From Octopus vulgaris (Eukaryota): 64,000 bases of DNA. The position numbers and the translations under genes are program-made. The notes beneath the pieces are model-generated. The model searched no databases and had not been told where the DNA came from. It worked only from the letters and a program-made list of their open reading frames with translations. Shown here one piece after another: positions 28,251-41,565 of the stretch (positions within the stretch are counted from its first letter, which is position 1; each line of letters opens with the position of its first letter). The stretch spans positions 89,962,001 to 90,026,000 of the forward strand of contig OX597821.1 in assembly GCA_951406725.2 (NCBI GenBank). The letters are read 5' to 3'.

Positions 28251-28548
28251 TGTTGTTCACAAATCTTTGAGAATATTTTGTGATAAAGATACCTGGGTGA
28301 TTATATCAATATATACTTCTGATCAATGTAGGATAACACGTAAATCAACCGTATAATTCTTTAACGTTTTTTATATTTGTTAAAATATAAAGCGTTCATT
28401 AACACTCTGTCAACAACTCATAATTATAAGGGCAAAGAAAACCGAGTAACATCTCTCGCCGCAATTTATGAAAGTGCTTCTCATTGGACTATATTTTAAT
28501 AGAAAGAGTATAGAGGATTAATGATTGGACACAAGACTGGAGACAAGA

Positions 28549-29181
28549 CGAACTGGCAGAAACGTGGCGCGACGTTGCACACCGGGCGAAATGCTTATCG
28601 GTATTTCGTTTGCCGTTACGTTCTGAGTTCAAATTCCGCCAAGGTCGAATTTGCCTTTCATCTTTTCGGGATCAATTAAATAAGTACCAGTTACGCACTG
28701 GGATCGATATAATCGACTTAATCTGTTTGTCTGTCCTTGTTTGTCCTCTCTGTGGGTAGTCTGTCCTTGTTTGTCCCCTCTGTGTGTAGCCCCTTGTGGG
28801 TAGTAAAGAAATAGGTATTTCGTCTGCGGTTACGTTCTGAGTTCAAATTCCGCCGAGGTCGACTTTGCCTTTCATCCTTTCGTGGTCGATTAAATAAGTA
28901 CCAGTTACGCACTGGGGTCGATATAATCGACTTAATCCGTTTGTCTGTACTTGTTTGTCCCCTCTGTGTGTAGCTCCTTGTGGGTAGTAAAGAAATAGGT
29001 ATTTCGTCTGCCGCTACGTTCTGAGTTCAAATTCCGCCGAGGTCGACTTTGCCTTTCATCCTTTCGTGGTCGATTAAATAAGTACCAGTTACGTACTGGG
29101 GTCGATATAATCTACTTAATCCGTTTGTCTGTCCAAGGTTTGTCCCCTCTGAGTGTAACCCCTTGTGGGCAGTAAAGAAAT
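28549..29181 (+). mobile_element. SINE family B, head-to-tail trimer (~184-bp period)
   Basis: Three core-plus-tail units joined by AAAGAAATA|GGTATTTCGTCTG. Confidence 0.9.
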
Positions 29182-29669
29182 TAAAAAATATTTTTGATTG
29201 CTACCTTCGTAAATTGTTCGTAAGAGAGAGGAACATTCGCAAGTTGGAGTCAATTCTGAGCTAATCGTGTCTACAACTAAAATTCGCACACACAAATTGC
29301 ATCATATATGATACAAAGATTTGAACCTTTCATCGCAGAATTAGTTTGATAAATGTTCAACATGTTGTGCCTGCACTCAATACACAACAATGCCAGATGT
29401 AGATCTGTGCACTAAGGTACCTGTTGTATATATAAATATAACCGGATATGAATTTTGCTATAGAACACTAAGCTTAGGCGTGGAGGTAGACTATACAAGA
29501 GGGTCACTGGATGGTCACTCAAACAGCTAGAAATAGTGACTAAATTGCTCACAAACTATACCCTACATTCCTAAGATGGAGGAACAACAGTCTGAATAAA
29601 ATGCAAGATGGTAGGGAGTGGCTTGTCATTGATAAGAGGAAAGTTTGATCAGAACGGATTTGAATCTGA

Positions 29670-29736
<67 letters not shown>
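29670..29736. repeat. (CTA)n microsatellite
   Basis: Read directly. Confidence 0.97.
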
Positions 29737-30039
29737 TACATCGTTTACTTTTAAGGTAGCTACTATACACATGTATCGTAGGACAGTCAGCAAACATCAG
29801 AGGAAATACACTTACATGTACATAAACACGTATATAAATATGTATACGTGTGTGTATATATGTATGCATATATATATACACATATATGTAGTATATTATC
29901 GGCACCAATACTTCATCTAAATATGCAACAGCAACAAAAAACGCAATATTGGGTGTAGCATGCACAAGTCAAGATACTGGTTCCTCTATTAAGGTTTAAC
30001 GGTTTTGCTTTGAACTAGTGTAATCTATACGCATTATGC

Positions 30040-30145
30040 ACACACACACACACACACACATACACACACACACACACACATACACACAAACATGCATGCA
30101 TATATGTAGACACATACATAGCTTTCTGTGGGGCAGTATATATAT

Positions 30146-30220
<75 letters not shown>

Positions 30221-30236
30221 TATATGTTATAAATAA

Positions 30237-30334
<98 letters not shown>

Positions 30335-30712
30335 GCAAATATATATGAATGTATATATGTACGTATGTATTCAATGTGTTTAAAACGAGACACAAGTAGC
30401 GATGTATGTAGACGCAGGCGAGCATAAATATATATATATATATATACATAATATAAATATAATATATTAATAATAATAATAACGGATGTGGTAAAACGTC
30501 TGTTAGAACTTTGAAGCTCTTCCACATCAAACTCTCACATACACACGCGCGTACTTGTGCTCACCGAAATGTTTCTGGAAGCATTAGGATATTTCTTTAA
30601 ATTGTATATGCATGGTCGTATGATTCACATGCGCACAGATTCACACACTTACATGCATACTTACTTACACATACATATATACACATTCATACGTATGTGT
30701 GTATGTGATAAC

Positions 30713-30763
<51 letters not shown>

Positions 30764-30836
30764 TGTATATATGTTCATATATACACACACATGTATAAAT
30801 ATACACATACACACATTCGAACACACATGCACGTAG

Positions 30837-30885
<49 letters not shown>

Positions 30886-30966
30886 CATACATACATATAT
30901 ACATACATGCATATATACATACATACATATATACATACATATATATACATACATACATATATATAT

Positions 30967-30997
<31 letters not shown>

Positions 30998-31138
30998 CAT
31001 ACATACATATATATACATATATATACATACATACATATATATATATATACATACATACGTACATATATATATGCATACATACATATATACATACATACAT
31101 ACATACATATATACATACATAGATACATACATATATAC

Positions 31139-31217
<79 letters not shown>

Positions 31218-31257
31218 TATATACATATATATATACATGCACACATACATACATACT
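30040..31257. repeat. Compound (CA)n/(TA)n/(TACA)n microsatellite field
   Basis: Read directly; accounts for the 245-aa and 200-aa YI-rich ORFs. Confidence 0.93.
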
Positions 31258-31974
31258 TAATGCACAAACACGAGTTTTTTTTTTTAGCCCGTGAACCGTT
31301 TTAACAAGACAGCCATTTGGAAAAAGCACTCTTGTCAAGATAGGTTTTTGTCAAACGATATATTTCAGTGTAGATGTTTGAATAGATATCTCCCAGTGAA
31401 TACCGAATTACACTCACTGGATGTATACATGTCAAATTGGAACGCTGAGCTTTACGTCAAATTTCTTTCAAGTAAAAACAGGAGAACACAGTATGGAAAC
31501 AACAAAGAAATGACGTATGTAGCATATTGATAGTAGACATAACCCTCACGCACACACACACACTGACAGAGGTGTGTACCTGTGGACGCATAATATATAT
31601 AAATGTATATAAACAGACACACACAAACACACACACACCTGTGAAGGTTGTATTTTATATTCTTGGCTATGGTAATCAAAAGTGTATTGATATCAAAATT
31701 AGTGCGTCTAGGAGACTAATGAATTTTAAAATAGCCGCTTATTAAAATGAATAATATACTAACTGAAGTGAATATGGAAATTAAACCAAAAACGTGATAG
31801 CTATGGAAAAACTTTATGGTGATGGTCGTGGTTAGCAGTCGTGGTCGAAATGGTGGTAATCGTAATGCTGGTGTTTGGAGTAAATATACCTTGAGTTATG
31901 CTGTTTAGTGCATATTTTCGTATAAATATGCGGACACAAATTAGAGCAGTATTATAATAGATAGATTTCTTTAT

Positions 31975-31980
31975 AAAAAA
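31975..31980 (-). terminator. Pol III T6 terminator downstream of the tRNA-Leu pseudogene
   Basis: TTTTTT on the minus strand 7 nt after the discriminator base. Confidence 0.6.
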
Positions 31981-31987
31981 TATCACA

Positions 31988-32069
31988 TGGCAGTGGTGGG
32001 ATTCGAACCCGCGCCTCGGAAGAGAGTGGTGCCTTAAACCAGCGCCTTAGACCGCTCGGCCACAGATAA
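31988..32069 (-). pseudogene. tRNA-Leu(AAG) pseudogene
   Basis: Minus strand reads TTATCT-GTGGCCGAGCGGTCTAAGGCGCTGGTTTAAGGCACCACTCTCTTCCGAGGCGCGGGTTCGAATCCCACCACTGCCA. A box, B box, AAG anticodon and long variable arm are present. The 5' acceptor strand cannot pair, and there are C-C and C-A stem mismatches. Confidence 0.85.
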
Positions 32070-32380
32070 AGTCGTCACAAGTAGAATGATAATCTTACTG
32101 TAGATTGAATTTCATCCAAAGCATCTAATGAAGAAGAATAGATTAATTTCACTCAAAGTTTATTTAGATCTATATAATTAAATATCATAAGTCATTTTTT
32201 CGATCGTTCTACAGATTCTGTGATCCAATGATATCTGTTCAACATATATTTGCGGATGCAATAGTTGAACACATCGTCCAGGAGGTATCTCAAAACCATT
32301 CAATGTTTTGAACATTCAGAAAAATTGACATAAATTCAGCAAGCCCAGGCCTAGTTCAAACGCTATCCTACTGACCTCAA

Positions 32381-32583
32381 AGGCGGCGAGCTTAGCGGTA
32401 TTTCGTCTACCGCAACGTTCTGAGTTCAAATTCCGCCGAGGTCGACTTTGCCTTTCATCTTTTCGGGGTCGATTAAATAAGTACCAGTTACGCACTGGGG
32501 TCGATATAATCGACTTAAAACCGTTTGTCTGTCCTTGTTTGTCCCCTCTGTGTTTAGCCCCTTGTGGGCAGTAAAGAAATAGG
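32381..32583 (+). mobile_element. SINE family B monomer with target-site duplication
   Basis: Family B sequence with a head deletion, flanked by TATCCTACTGACC(T/C)CA at 32364-32379 and 32584-32599. Confidence 0.88.
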
Positions 32584-32927
32584 TATCCTACTGACCCCAC
32601 ACAGCATCTTTTTGCAACTATTGGTAGTTAGATGCGTTCTTAGCAACAGTTTCGCTGCATTTTCATGGTTCTTCTGTGGAAAGCTTCTGAAATGCTAAGT
32701 GTTTTATGGGCCTCACTAAGAGTACAACCTGCAAAAACTTCCGTCACTACCCTCCACTGTTTAATATCTTGCTCACCTCCCATTCTTCCTGGTATTTCGT
32801 TATTTTCCTCTCTAAAACTTCCGATATTCTCTCTCCTCAGAGCATTCATGAGTATATTAACTTGAATCAAAATTTCTGATCGTTCTTAAACACAGAGAAC
32901 AAGTTGTTCAGTGTGTATATGTATTTT

Positions 32928-33058
<131 letters not shown>

Positions 33059-33959
33059 GTATATACATACATGCATACACATATATATGCTTATATTCTT
33101 TCGGTTAGCGCCCGTTTTCCCCGTTTGTAACGTTACCATAGGTTGGACGAATACATATTACAAGGACGTTGTTTCACAGGTGGATACCCTTCCAGTCACC
33201 AACTCTTAACTGTCTTTCAAGTAATGATTTATTCTTATTCTATGGGTTTTGAAAACAAACACAGAACAAGAAGGAATGTCAACAAACTATAGTAATAAGT
33301 ACTATAGTTTACCAAATTCTCAGAAAATGGATCACCCTCACTTGAAATTACGAAAAAATTAATTCTATTATAATTTTATTCCTAGATGCAAATGACAGTC
33401 GTTTTTAAGTATTTTCACAAAGGGTGAGCGTTGTTCGTAAATGATATATTAAACCATAACATATTCATGTGTCATATACTAGAAAAGTATGCTCATAAAT
33501 TTCATATTAATCCGTTTGATGTGAATCCTATTGATGCTTGTATGGAAATAAGTTTTATTATATAAAAATATAAAAGGTGTTTTACGATTAAAATTCGTTA
33601 TAAATATCTGAATCTCTAATAGTAAAAAATATGTGTGTGTGTGTACAAACACACACACATACGCACATATATGTATGTATGTATATATACACACACATAT
33701 TTATATATAGATACAAATATATATTTATATACATACATACACACGCACATATATATAAATATACATATTTATATATGCATACATACATATACATATATTC
33801 ACACACATCTGTCTATCTATCTACCCTCCTCGCTCTCTGTTTATATATAAATATACATAAAAATGCATATATATATGTACATAATGTATATATATAATTA
33901 TATACATATACCTATACACATACACATACGCACACACACACATATATATTTAGATAAAT

Positions 33960-33990
<31 letters not shown>

Positions 33991-34019
33991 TAGACACACA
34001 CATACATCTTGATCGATCG

Positions 34020-34065
<46 letters not shown>

Positions 34066-35640
34066 TTTTATTTACACACATACATACATAAAAACATCAG
34101 ACTTATAGATATGCATATATTTACATACACACACACACATATATATATATGCATATATCTATAAACACACACACACACACTTATATATGTATGTATGTAT
34201 GTATGTATGTTTATATATTCTTGAAGAGTCTGATTTCGTCTTCTTTGCTATACAAAAATGATAGGCTGATAAATGGATGCTGTTACATTTAAAAATATTT
34301 TTTGGGAATCTGTTGGTGGCTATGTGGGTGCTTCTACATTAAAGATGACAGAATCCTTTTATCAGAAACAAAAAAATATTATTAGTTAAAATTTCTATAA
34401 AAAATATATATGAACTTCAGTAGACAAAGCTAAGTACTATATATTTATATATTCGTTTAGATATTGTCCCTCTCATCTTTCTACCATAAAAATAGCTTGC
34501 CAATAATAGATCATTGCAGTTATCTTATAATAGTTAAAGAATAGTGATTAAGTAAAACAAAACAAGCTCATGAATTGTACATTACAAAAATAATTATTTG
34601 CTATTAATGATTGGCTGAGTAGATGAAATTTAAATATAGAATAATAATAAATTTGATAATTATAATGATTAAAAGGAATAAAAGAAACTGATGGAACATT
34701 TAGAAACATATTTTATGAAAATATTATCTAGTGATCAAAGGAAATTGATTTCTGTTTTAGATACTAGGTTAAATTATAAGGAGAGATATATTCGTAATTT
34801 TATTCATGGTTTTGTCAGATGACAAAGAGTAATGACCTTGTCTTTTTTCAAGTTGTCTGAGACTAGTGAGGGAAATATCGCAGCGCCACCCTCAGCTTGG
34901 GTGGACTCTTCAATTGCATTACTATGTGAAGGATAGGGCATGCAAGTTGTCCATGAACGCAGACGACCCTCCAATATACCATAAAGAAAACCCCGCTACT
35001 TTAGGGCTGGTACGGTTAGCCCCAGAGTGATTGCAGGCATTGTTAACTAAAGGCAAATAAAGGGAAGAGATACCACATAATATATCATCCAATGATTTAA
35101 CAGTTCCCCTAAGATGTCTTTCTTGATTGATACTATTTATCAAACCTGAAAGGACGACAAAGTTGTCCTCCACGTGTTTTATAGACAGCCTCAGCAGAGA
35201 GATCTGGTCCATCTAATGGCATCCAAGGTGAGGTGATTGTGTTAAATCCGATGAAATATTACGATCCGAAGCGGTCAATTTAACTGAAATCCGTATAATT
35301 TTGTTCAACCAAATTTCACTGACAAGAGTTTCACTAACCTAAGGCTGCGTTACAAGAATTTTTCCAAAGTCCCCTACCCTAGATTTGAACACGATACCAT
35401 GTAGTTTCAAACGTCTTATCCAAACCCCATCATGGAACCCTTCTGGATATATTACTGGCACACCATTTATTTTAATTACATTTTTTCTGATCAAGTTTTC
35501 TACTCGAAGCATCATCTTACGTTCGTTACAGCACCAAAATACATCTCATGAATGTTCATGTCTTTTTTCTAATTGTTGCTGATGCTGAGTGTAAATATTC
35601 AAGGTAATTTCATCATGTTGAACTGTTAATTCCTACACAT

Positions 35641-35825
35641 TTGTCTCCCCTCTCCGTTTTTTTTTTTTCATTCTCTCTCCTTTTTTCCCTCTTATCTTTT
35701 CTGTTGAAGAGTGTAGGCTCGGAACGTAAAAGACTTTTCCATTATTCCCGAGCGTTAAACTAAAACACCTGATTGTTGTTCCTACACCTGTCTTCGTCTT
35801 TTGTTTTCTGCAAATTTGAACTATA
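35641..35825 (+). mobile_element. Short element with a degenerate hammerhead-like motif (35697-35733), related to the 54499 element
   Basis: TTT-CTGTTGA-A-GAGT(GTAG)GCTC-GGAA-CG-TA-AAA has core deviations at A6 and A13. Pyrimidine-rich leader and TTCC.GAGCGT..TTGTTCC..GTCTTCG..AACT 3' part resemble 54499-54702. Confidence 0.5.
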
Positions 35826-36205
35826 AATTCTAGAGGTTATCTTTATCTTATAAAAGCTAGAATGATGGAAGACACCTATAAGGATATAAACTCAGAACGC
35901 CGGGGATTGAGATGACATCTTAAAAGGCATTTTGCCTTGATCTCTAACATTACTATTAAATACCCCATCCACAACACAAAAGTGAGCAAAATGACTTATA
36001 ATACTATATATAGTTGGTCCTTCCAGGTATCAAACGTTTAAAGCTCATGTTAATCAACTACATAAAGCTCCCTAGTTTCAGATGAAATTTAGAGTGCATA
36101 CATGCTTGTCTCTCCAAAATATCTAACGTGCTTACAATCACGACAAACGCATACACGCATTTGTATGAATGTATGAAATTTGCTTGCATTTACATGTATG
36201 TATAT

Positions 36206-36435
36206 ATTTCTTTACTACCACAAGGAGCTAAACACAGAGGGGACAAACAAGGACCGACAAACGGATTAAGTCGATTACATCGACCCCAGTGCGTAACTGG
36301 TACTTAATTTATCGACCCCGAAAGGATGAAAGGCAAAGTCAACCTCGGCGGAATTTGAACTCGGAATGTAACGACAGATGAAATACGGCTACGCATTTCG
36401 CCCGGCGCGCTAACGTTTCTGTCAGCTCACCAGCT
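36206..36435 (-). mobile_element. SINE family B monomer
   Basis: Reverse-complement match to family B. Confidence 0.88.
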
Positions 36436-38340
36436 CACATGTATGTATATATATATATACATGCACACACATGTATATATATGTATGTACATGTATAGAA
36501 ACATTAACATCTTCATGAATTCTCATTCATATTTCCCTATCACCACAGGCTGGATGGATCTCATATCATTTTGCCACCGTTAGTTGCAGTGCCCCGAGTT
36601 GTCTCTCAGCAGAGTCCTTTCTTATCTAACACACAGAGCAATAAGAATAACCCGTCCAACTCTGTTCTATACGTTTTCCCTAATAGATTGGTTTCATGTT
36701 ATCATATGACTAACCCTGAAGATTTAATTTGCGTTTGTCTAGAAATTCTTGTACTCAGTATAAGTTCTGATACACGTGTAGCTAGCAGTATGGCTTGCTG
36801 AGTCATATTTAATTTGTGACATGGTTTTATGGTTGAATGCTCTTTACTGGCCATATAGAATACGTTTTGTCATTTCACTGGCACTAGAAATATTCCCTGC
36901 GATTGGATTAAATCGTTGTCTCTGGAGTTACTCTTTTTACAGCTGTACTTCTGCGATCTATGTACATTTATTCATGTACGTAAATGCAAAACCAAAGTAA
37001 AACGTAAATAAATTTCATACGGTTACAATGATGTGTTCCCTACTTATTTGATAAACTGAACTAACGATTCATATAATTATAAGTAGGTACATATTTCCTA
37101 GATTCGCGTATCTTTGGAATAATTCTCCATCAGAATCACCAAGACACAATATGTAACAAAGGCTAAACTCATTCGATTTCATTTAAAGTTCATCCAACGT
37201 GTTTTCCGAATCGTTTTCTCAATTTCACTTACAAAACTTAAGTGGACAATGTTTTATTGTAAAAGAAAATACAAAATATGCGACGCAGTGCGTTTGAATC
37301 TAATTCCTCCCGATTTCTATGGAAACGTCCTAACCACTTAACTACACGAGCAAACGCACTTACATTATTGACATATACATGTAAATATAAGTTTCAGAAA
37401 CATATATATACGTGTGTACGTGCCTACTTTTGTTACAAATAAGCAAACGTACAAGAGCACATAGACTCTCGCAAACGTGCATATACACACAAGTGTATAT
37501 CTGCGTGCTTATATGTAAGTAGGTATATAATTCTTCATTCAGCTGTTACGAATTTAGAGGAAGCTATTCAGAAATTAACTCACACACACATATACACGTA
37601 TACCTATACACATGAACAAAACTTTGCTTGAGTGGCTGCATTGTTCCATAAAAGGATGATGGACTAGTTAGCTAAATGATTGAATGGATAGATGAATGAA
37701 TAGAAATGTACGTTTTTGTCTTCGTTTAAACCATTTTCCACATATGACTGAATTTCGGTTGCAACACAATGAGTATTTTCCATAAAAATGGTTTACTGTC
37801 CTGCATTTTTCTCATTCTTCTTCCTCTCCCAGGACCTGTGCCACTTGGAAAATAGACCGACGCTTTATCCAATAATTTAGGAAATACAATGCTTAGTTCG
37901 TTATCTAGAAAACTAATCAGCCATTTTGAAAGGCAGTTTATTTAAAGTCAGCCATCTTATAAACTATTGTTCTTTATTTTTTCAACATTGCACTTACTTC
38001 CAACAACAGCAACAAGTCAAACTAACAAAGAGATCTTTATGTGGTCACTCAACCTGCTAGAAATGATAGTCTAATCTTTCTCCAATCTCACACTGTCGTC
38101 TTAAAATAGACATCTAGAGTGACCTTAAACGTGATAGCTAAAAGAACTGAAGAACAATGGATAATGTGGTTGTTGTATCACTGCATCTCAATAAAAGACT
38201 GAATAATCACGGAACTTCTTTGATCATAAGTCTATTTAAAAACGTTTGACCTGGGGCTAAATACAACAACAGTTGCAAAATGTGAGGAAAAACACAAACA
38301 AACAAAACATTTCTGTGAAATTATTATTACTATTGATATT

Positions 38341-38820
38341 GGCGAACTGGCAGAATCGTGTGAGCATCGAAAACATGTGCGGCATTTCTTCCGACTCATA
38401 CATTTTGAGATCAAATTGCGCCGATGACTTCGTCTTCTTCCTTCCGTAAGTAAGTACCAGTTGAACACGAGGCAGGATGTAATTGTCGAGTCCACTTCCT
38501 TCAAAATTTCAAACGTTGTACCTATATCAGAAGGAATTAAAGGCAGCAAGCAGGTAGAATCGTTAGCACACCTGATAAGATGTTTAACAGTATTTCATCT
38601 TGCTCTTTTACATTCTGAGACTATATTCCACCGAGGTCGACTTTGCATTTTATCTTTACGGGTCGATAAAATAAATTCCAGCTAATGTAATCGACTTAAT
38701 CCATTCCGTAAAATTGACCTTATGCCAAATTTGAAACCATTAGCCTGCTTTACGTTCTGAGCTCAAATTCTGCCGAGGTCGACTTTGCTTTTGGTCCTTT
38801 TGGGGTCGATGAAATAAGGT
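38341..38820 (+). mobile_element. Cluster of diverged SINE family B copies
   Basis: Repeated GGCAGAATCG, GAGGTCGACTTTGC and GGGTCGAT motifs. Confidence 0.7.
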
Positions 38821-39077
38821 CGATAGTTTGACATTCATTATTATTATTTTATTTCTCTTCACTACTATTTCTTTAACCTATACAACGACTATACAACGAT
38901 CGATATGGCCACTAGTTTTGTGGTTAAACCAAGACAGTGTTAATCCCTAGTATAATGTATATGAAGGCAGAGCAATATCTGCATGTTAAATAAACATATA
39001 TTTAGTGTCACTGTGAAATTAGACCCTTTGGTTTGTCATATTTTGACGACATATTGCAATTGGAATCGAACCCTTAA

Positions 39078-39140
<63 letters not shown>

Positions 39141-39144
<4 letters not shown>

Positions 39145-39405
39145 GTCATCCCATAAGTTCTGTCCGATTTTACCATTTTAAAAATTAAATGAATGTTAAT
39201 AGTATTTTAGAATGGAATTAGAAATTATTTTTATGCATTTGTGTACATTTAAACTAATTAAATATTATTTTACAGAATAATAGAATTAAAATTTCTTTGA
39301 TTAAATCCCTTTCTAACATGAACGTATCCAAAGAGCATGTGCGGCACGTAATGCTTTATAAGTACAAAAAGGAAACTCTGCAGACAAAGTGACTCGAAAC
39401 ATTTG
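39141..39405 (+). mobile_element. Mariner 5' end (TIR and transposase N-terminus), truncated by a SINE
   Basis: TCAGGTCATCCCATAAGTTCTGTCCG directly after (TA)n. ATG at 39318 gives MNVSKEHVRHVMLYKYKK, a mariner N-terminal HTH start. Confidence 0.75.
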
Positions 39406-39687
39406 ATCCGGTCAACGAAACAACCTGCTCATGAAATTAACGTGCAAGTGGCTGAGCACTCCACAGACACGCATACCTTTAACGTAGTTCCCAGGGAGAT
39501 TCAGTGTGACACAGAATGTGACATGGCTGGTCCTTTGAAATCAGGTACTACTCATTTTTGCCAGCTGAATGGACTCGAGCAACGTGAAATAAAATGTCTT
39601 GCTCAAGAAAATAAAGCGCCGCTGGTAATCGAACTCACGACTGTGAGATCGTGAGCCGAATACCCTAACCACAAAACCACTCGCCTT
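39405..39687 (-). mobile_element. tRNA-derived SINE, family C relative
   Basis: Shares GAAATTAACGTGCAAGTGGCTGAGCACTCCACAGACAC..AACGTAGTTC with 56221-56599. tRNA-like head at the 39610-39687 end. Confidence 0.8.
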
Positions 39688-40780
39688 CAAATAGAACGAA
39701 TAGAAACACCATAGCTTTTCGCGACTGCCATGACGATAAGCAATACCTTGAATAACCCGATCATCATAATCCTCACACCATCACCATAACCGCCAGCCCA
39801 ACACTACTTTCACTATAACCAGCACAGATGCTACCACCTAAACTACCCAACTACTACTGTCGTTCAATACTATTTCTATAACTATCTTATCACCAACAAC
39901 ACCAAAACTATCATTATCACCATTACAACTACGAGTAGTCTAACTACCAGTTATCAATACTATCAACATTACCATCACCACCGTCTCTATAAATCCACCC
40001 CACCATCTCTATTGAATACATCAACATTTATTTAACACTGACTGTATTTAAACAGTAAACAGTATAAGAGTGTTATATTGGAGTAATACACAGCTTTTCA
40101 TCGTTAAAAACTACTCGAAACCAATTTCAGAAACTTGCTTGGCTGAATTGAAAAGCTTTTAGCTACAACAACGTTTTATGTTGTCTTTACAACAGGAGGG
40201 GTAGTCACTATTTAGTTAGAGTGGGAATGGAATACATTACCTGTGGGGATCAGAGAATCTATGCAGGACACTCTTACTCTCACTCTCACCCGCACGCACT
40301 TTCTCTATACCTCTCTCATTCTCCAATTTCATTTATTATCTCAAAGTCTGTTTCAGTAATTACCTTTCTGTTTGTCTGTCACTCTTTCTTATCTGTCTCC
40401 GTTTGTTCCGTTACTCTGTTGCTCAATAATTTCCCTTTGTCTTTTTAATATCACTTCCTCTCTCGGTATAGATTAATATCTCATTGTGTTTATAGGTATA
40501 TACATATACTGACACTTTATATATATAATAGAGATGAGATTAACTGCATAACATTGAATAGCAAGCCAGCAGTGTTTAATGCAATATTGTCTGTCAACAG
40601 TTAAAATCTCGTACGGCTACAGGCTACTTCGTGAAATAATTTCAATCTTTTACATTTTGTTTCCCTTTTTTTACGCAAGATGTTGGTATCACATAGAACT
40701 CGACAACGATAGGAAACTCAAAACAGGTGGCAGACCGAGCGTTTTATGCAAAAATCGCATAATTTAATGATACAGTTTAA

Positions 40781-40950
40781 GGTAGCGAGCTGGCTGAATC
40801 GGTAGCGCATGGGACAAGACGCTTAGCGGGGTTTCGTATTTTTGTCTTTCGTTCTTTCGTAGTCGATAAATTAAGTATTTGTCGAGCACTGGGGTGGATG
40901 TAACCGACATAAACCTCACACGAAATTGATGACCTTGTGGCAAAGTTTGT
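40781..40950 (+). mobile_element. SINE family B, diverged and internally deleted
   Basis: GCGAGCTGGCTGAATCG head and GTCGATAAATTAAGTA core. Confidence 0.6.
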
Positions 40951-41042
40951 AACGGGCTTCATGAAACAGTTTGTAAACATATGAAATCTTAATTTCTCAT
41001 GGTATGAATATATTTATCTATGAATCTTAGATTTTTCATATT

Positions 41043-41250
41043 TTATTCGTTTCAGTCAATGGACTCCGGCCATGATAGGGCACCGCTATGAGAGGTTTAG
41101 TCAAATGGATGACCCTTATTCCCGGTACTTATTTTAAAATCTTGTTACCTATTCGAAGCTCTCTTTGTCGAACCACTAAATTACATGAAAAGCAAGCAAA
41201 CTACTATCAACAGTCAGACCAAGAGATGAAAGGGGATAAACAAAGACACA
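41043..41250 (-). mobile_element. SINE family A, diverged 3' half
   Basis: GTTTCAGTCAATGGACT..GGCCATG..GCACCGC and CTCTTTGTCGAACCACTAA. Confidence 0.6.
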
Positions 41251-41498
41251 AATATATGTATATGTATTTATATATAGACATGCACTCATGCATATGTATA
41301 TATATGTATATGTATGTATATATATATATATATATATATAAAGATAAATTAAATATAGAGATATACTATTGACAATCCAATAATTTATTTATATTACAGT
41401 ATTACATTAAGTAATATGAATATAATAAAACATAACATAATATTTTATAACATAAATTATTATAAAAACCATAAAAAGCCAACAAATTGTTCCGACCT

Positions 41499-41565
<67 letters not shown>

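Noticed and set aside
28549-29181. CRISPR-like regular repeats
   Set aside because: Units are ~184-bp SINE multimers without unique spacers, in eukaryotic context with no cas genes.
30557-31294. Longest ORF (245 aa) and the many other YI/HT/CV/LSIY-rich ORFs
   Set aside because: Translations of stop-free microsatellites with no protein signal.
34922-35212. 96-aa non-repetitive ORF on the minus strand
   Set aside because: No recognisable domain or splice context; probably an old repeat remnant.
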